Shown: positions 51,546-64,000 of the stretch, piece by piece
Position numbering within the stretch: position 1 is the first letter of the stretch
Layout of the letters: each line of letters begins with the position of its first letter
Origin: Marsupella aquatica
Taxonomy: Eukaryota; Plantae; Marchantiophyta
NCBI GenBank assembly: GCA_973895155.1
Contig: OZ316898.1
Coordinates: 4,761,079 to 4,825,078, forward strand
Reading direction: 5' to 3'
Length of the DNA stretch: 64,000 bases
Program-made: the position numbers and the translations under genes
Notes under the pieces: generated by a model
The model's input: only the letters and a program-made list of their open reading frames with translations
Told to the model about the DNA's origin: nothing
Databases searched by the model: none

Positions 51546-51706
51546 TTCCATTTCCCTTCCCTTCCTACAACAGCTTGTGAATGAATGAATCGGCATCAAT
51601 GACGAGGTACCCAAATATTTTTCTCTTTATAGCTCAATAAAGTGCTAAAGCAAATCAAAGCAACATGCATGAATCAGTGATTGTAGAACACTACAAAAGT
51701 CATATT

Positions 51707-51889
51707 AGGGTGTCTCAAAGGTACATCTTTATGGGTGATGGCTTGTGGCAATAAGGAAGTGGCCATAACACCTTTCACACAGTTGTGTAGAAGGTTTGTT
51801 TCTTGACCACTACAGTAATTTATGGTCATGGCATCCGATCATTCTTTCTGTACCTAAAGTACATCAAGTTTAGAGGTTTGAGACCCCCT
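51707..51889. mobile_element. 183-bp MITE
   Basis: att AGGGTGTCTCAAA ... TTTGAGACCCCCT act (12/13 inverted match). Confidence 0.8.
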
Positions 51890-52695
51890 ACTGAACACCA
51901 AAACTTGGAGACAGTATTACAAATCCATTGAAGGGGGTGGAGGACTAATGCTGCAGGAGTGTGAAACTAAGTAGAATAAGAACAAAACTCTATTTATTAA
52001 TTTGCCACTCATTTATTTGAGAATATTTGTTACTTTGCACTGTTTAATCATCTATAAGTTAGCTTTAAATTTGATCATTGATTTCACTAAGTTAAGGTAA
52101 GCATCAGCCTTGATTTATTATGGTTCTAATGAGGTATCATCTTAAGCATGGTTAGGTCTCTATAAAACTTTGCTTGAAACTCTCGTCTTCTAGTTAGATC
52201 CATTCCATCACATTCTCTCTGGTGGAATTTTGGTTCCAGCTTGTGCTGTGTATGCTTATGGTTAACTTGTCAGGGCCCCCCCCCTCTTTCATTGACTCCC
52301 TCACCCTTTTCCTCCCTTTCCTTCCCTGGTTGGGTACATTATCTTTGGTAATATTTTAATTGGGCCCAGAGGGAGCTTTAACGGTAGGGACATCCTGGAT
52401 CAAGAAGAACCTGCAGGGCATATTTTATAATTTTTTATTCCAGGATGACGCAATTTTAAAAATATTACTATCTTATTTCCAATCTCAAATTTAAAAACAC
52501 ATATACACACTGAAAGTGAATGTTTACATGAAAATGCTTAAAATATTCTTAAAATATTAATCCCATAATACTTTTGAGGGTTCAGAGGTCCACAATATGT
52601 GTTAGTCAGGTCCAAGTTTTTAATAATCATATGTTTGGTGCTCAATTGCTTTGACCAAGTTGGCACTACTGTAATGTATTTTGTTGGTAGTTACT

Positions 52696-53042
52696 AGGGT
52701 GTCCCAAATACGGGGATTTTTAAGCTTTGGCCGCGCCCTGGACTGTTTTGGGTTGGGGCGACGGTCATGACTGGTCGGGCACCAAATGTGAGGTGCCCTG
52801 ACCAGTCACACTCGGGACCCTAAGAGGTCCCAAAGTTTGAAGGACACCTCTGTACACAGTGTGCCACGACCCCAATCATATTTCAGTACCCAATAAAATT
52901 ATCATCTAGTAGTACCCTTATTGCAGTGCATTCAAATGCCTCGCCGCGGCCCATGAGCTGCCATTTCTGTTTGCATATGAGGTTCAAGTGCCTTGCGGGT
53001 GGCCCATGAGGTGCCATGTTCTTTTTGTACATGAGACTCCCT
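52696..53042. mobile_element. MITE with degenerate TIRs
   Basis: act AGGGTGTCCCAA ... ATGAGACTCCCT agt, with an internal ~54-bp duplication near the right end. Confidence 0.55.
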
Positions 53043-54092
53043 AGTAAAGCTTCTGAATTCACACAAATTTAAAGAATAATTTTAAATGGCACACCATAAT
53101 AACAATAATAATAGGGTCGGAAACACAGGTCACTCCTCCCCTAATTGATGCCCTATTCCTTTCCCACGTTCCTTCCCTTCCTTCCCTTCCCTTCCTTCCC
53201 TTCCCAGCAAAAAGAACTAATAATGAATGAACGAATGAATAGCGGAGTACCGTATGACTGAAGACTGATGACGACGACGACGACGACCAAAGCACTCGCG
53301 TTTCGACGGATGGCATAAACCCCTCTGCAGCAGAAGAAGCAGCATGGCATCTGCAGCACAGCGGGTTTGATCTTTGCTATCGTCTTCCAATCTAGTCGCC
53401 GTCGACCCTCGCTCTCGGGATCTCGTCTCCCTCGCCATGATGCTCTTGTACTCGATCTACATTCGGTGTAGCCCAGCACACACCCCCAGACCAACAATGG
53501 CGATTGATTGATCACTGAGCCCCGTGAAAAGGCTAAGGCTAAGGCCTCTGCTGCATGGTGTGGTGGTGCTGTTTGTCGGTCGGTCTGTCCCGAACGAGGC
53601 CCGGATAAGTTATGGAGGACGAGGAGTGGCGTGGGCGGAGGACGACGACTACGACGGGGTTTTGTCTAGATAGGGGTGTCGCTGACATGAATGTTGGTGC
53701 TGCTGATTTGGGTTTGCTGCTTTCTTTTCGAACGGAGGAAGAATGCGTCCGCCAATGACAACGTGTGCACCCATGGCCATCGCCACAATCGAGCACTGCG
53801 GCAAAAGCGATCATTAGGGTCCAATTGGGTGGTTCCTTCTTGTCTTCCTTCCTGAGTTCCTGCCTGCCTGCGTTTGTCCACATGCGTTCGAGCTCGCGGA
53901 GGATTGGGTCGTGTCGACCGGGCTGCTGCTACTGCCGCTAGTACCGTGAGAGGTGGTCTATGATTGAATTGAATAGATGATAAAGAGGGAGGATTGGAGT
54001 GAGTGATTGAGGGAGGGTTGGGAAGGGAGGAGAGGAGGGAGGGAGAGTTCTGTCCTGAGGGAGATAGGGCTTTACACGGGGTTTCGCTAAAT

Positions 54093-54103
54093 GGTTTAGG
54101 GTT
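54093..54103 (-). promoter_or_regulatory. Telo-box (AAACCCTAA) upstream of FtsHi1
   Basis: GGTTTAGGGTTT lies ~130 bp upstream of the proposed ATG. This is a motif match only. Confidence 0.35.
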
Positions 54104-54228
54104 TCTGATCGGGTGGATGCATGCACTGGCCGGTACTCCGAGGGTCAGAAAGCCCGTGTGCAATTTGATCCCTGGTGGACCTTCTGTGATACAGAGGAAC
54201 AACACACAAGCACAAAGAAGGCGAGAAA

Positions 54229-62237
<8,009 letters not shown>

Positions 62238-62439
62238 TTCATTCAAAAAATGGCCTTGACCGTCACGAATTGGCTAGGGTTCGTCCAGAACCCCTCTCTG
62301 ATTTATTCTTCAACATCGATGACTAGAGAGCTTCTTACGCTATCTTATGAATACAATTCGCAAGCTAGCAAGGGACTGTTAAACCACAACTTCCCCTATA
62401 AAGGTAAGGGCTACCCGTAACCAGTACCTCTTACCTGTG

Positions 62440-62690
62440 GCTCTCATTGTAAAGTGAAAAACTGTAGCTCTCATTGTAAAGTGAACAGGTTCTGGAATGG
62501 GTTTCGAGCTCCACAAAAGGTGGTGAGTGCAAAACTTTTTATTGGTAAGCGCTCCACAAAAGGCCCGCAGCCTCATTGTGAAGTTTTTCAGGTTCAAGAA
62601 TGGGTTTTGAGCTCCACAAAAGTTGGTGAGTGCAAAACCTTTTTTGCAAGTGCTCCACGAACAGTGCAGAGTGTTCCACCGTTTATGGTG
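62440..62690. repeat. Short nested direct repeats, probable TE relic
   Basis: GCTCTCATTGTAAAGTGAA occurs twice, and CAGGTTC..GAATGGGTTT.GAGCTCCACAAAAG.TGGTGAGTGCAAAAC occurs twice ~102 bp apart. Confidence 0.75.
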
Positions 62691-64000
62691 AGTAGTGCGA
62701 CATGGCATGGGGCTTTTATGGTGGCGGTTGTGGTTTATAGGGGTTCCAAAGTCTTAATCGCCGTTCTTCATGTACTCATGTGGAGAAAACCTTGATTTCA
62801 TAGTTTGGGTGGATCTATGTGTTCTGGTCCCATTAGCTCATTGTGGATATCCTATAGTAGAACTGGCCCAATGTCAGTGATAAGTGATGAGTGAAAGTGT
62901 TGTGGAGTGGATCACAAGTGAGACGGCCAGGCAGTGGGAGTGGACATTAGTGGCAACTGATTTTCAAGAAGTACACCAGCTGCAGGGAGGGCAACGGTTT
63001 GGGCGTGGAAAAGGGACACAGTTGCACCTTTAGGTCATGGTTACTACAAAATGTCATCATAATCTAATGGTTAGCGAGGCGAGGCTTCCATACACAATGA
63101 ATGTGAAAGAATGAGCTTGCAAAGTCTAGTTAGATAAATCAGGTCTTCCTCCAAGCCGGTGAAGGTCCGGCCACCTACAGTGTGGAACCTGTCTTGGGTT
63201 GACACCTAAAGATCCTCGTGAACCTTTCCCCCCTGAGCTTGACTACTTACTACCTGATGAACTTATGACATTGCCGCCTGGCTACCTTGTCACCCAGGTA
63301 TGAGGGCCAAGCCACTGCCGACTATAAGGAAAGGTTTCGTAGAGAAATTGTAAGGTTGCTTGAGGACAAAACGACATGGCCTGTCTAGGTGTAAACAGAA
63401 ACGATCGCAAATTTGATGATTAATCTGATTCGAATTGAGTAGGCAAGCTAATATGGGAGGAATTGGTGGCAATCCTGGAACGGAGTACTGTGCACTGTAC
63501 TTGAAGGAAATGCGATTAATCAAAGGCATCGGAGAACATCTGTGTAATCTTGCATCCCAAATGTGGACCTTCCATTTAGTTTGCTTAATAAAACAATTTA
63601 TGTCAAAATATCCATGGCTGATGACTATCATGATGTGTTAACTCGAAAGCATCTCAATTTTCGTTTCAAGTTCTGTAAACAAACATTGCTGGACGGACCA
63701 CATGGATTATTATTACTTTGCACGTCTGGAGCTTGTCTGATCATCCTTGGCACACAGAGGAAAGCCAATTTTGTCATCTTTCAATTTCATCTCATGTCCT
63801 ACGACCACTTCGAGGTGTCAAACGTCATGCCGCTTTCAGATGCTTAGCAACAATTCATCGTTTTGACGGAGGGACAACCCAAATAAGGAGTGATTTTTTT
63901 TTCACTTGTAGACACTTCTACTGCTTTCGGTTACTGCCCCATCTAACTGTAGGCATGAGCGGTGTTTCGTGCACTAGATTTGCGGTGAAACCTTGACCTG

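Noticed and set aside
53153-53515. DVL/RTFL-like peptide (RGVYAIRR)
   Set aside because: Lacks the conserved Cys and terminal LLCW, and the register does not fit.
63290-64000. ORFs at the window end
   Set aside because: No recognisable domains; likely UTR or intergenic sequence.

Overview
Eukaryotic nuclear DNA with GT-AG introns, from a land plant. A bryophyte such as a leafy liverwort or moss is inferred from gene style and PLS-type PPR relics, not shown directly. Six protein-coding genes were reconstructed by hand with consistent intron phases: a 5'-truncated P-class PPR gene (+), a DCD/NRP-type gene (-), an At3g02290-like RING-H2 E3 ligase (-), Kdo transferase KDTA (-), an intronless F-box/kelch gene (-) and chloroplast FtsHi1/ARC1 (+). 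Intergenic DNA holds two decayed LINEs, a solo LTR, a foldback-like element, many MITEs with AGGG...CCCT ends, tandem repeats and two PPR pseudogene fragments. Best leads: (1) the DCD gene has no AUG at its conserved N-terminus and appears to start at CUG, downstream of an AUG-UAA formed across a predicted splice junction; (2) a MITE family with ANT target sites, supported by a filled/empty site pair in this window; (3) a conserved stem-loop at three LINE 3' ends; (4) a decayed ~5-kb tandem duplication; (5) an FtsHi1 with a less degenerate zinc site. Comparisons to Arabidopsis and E. coli proteins are from memory and need confirming by alignment.
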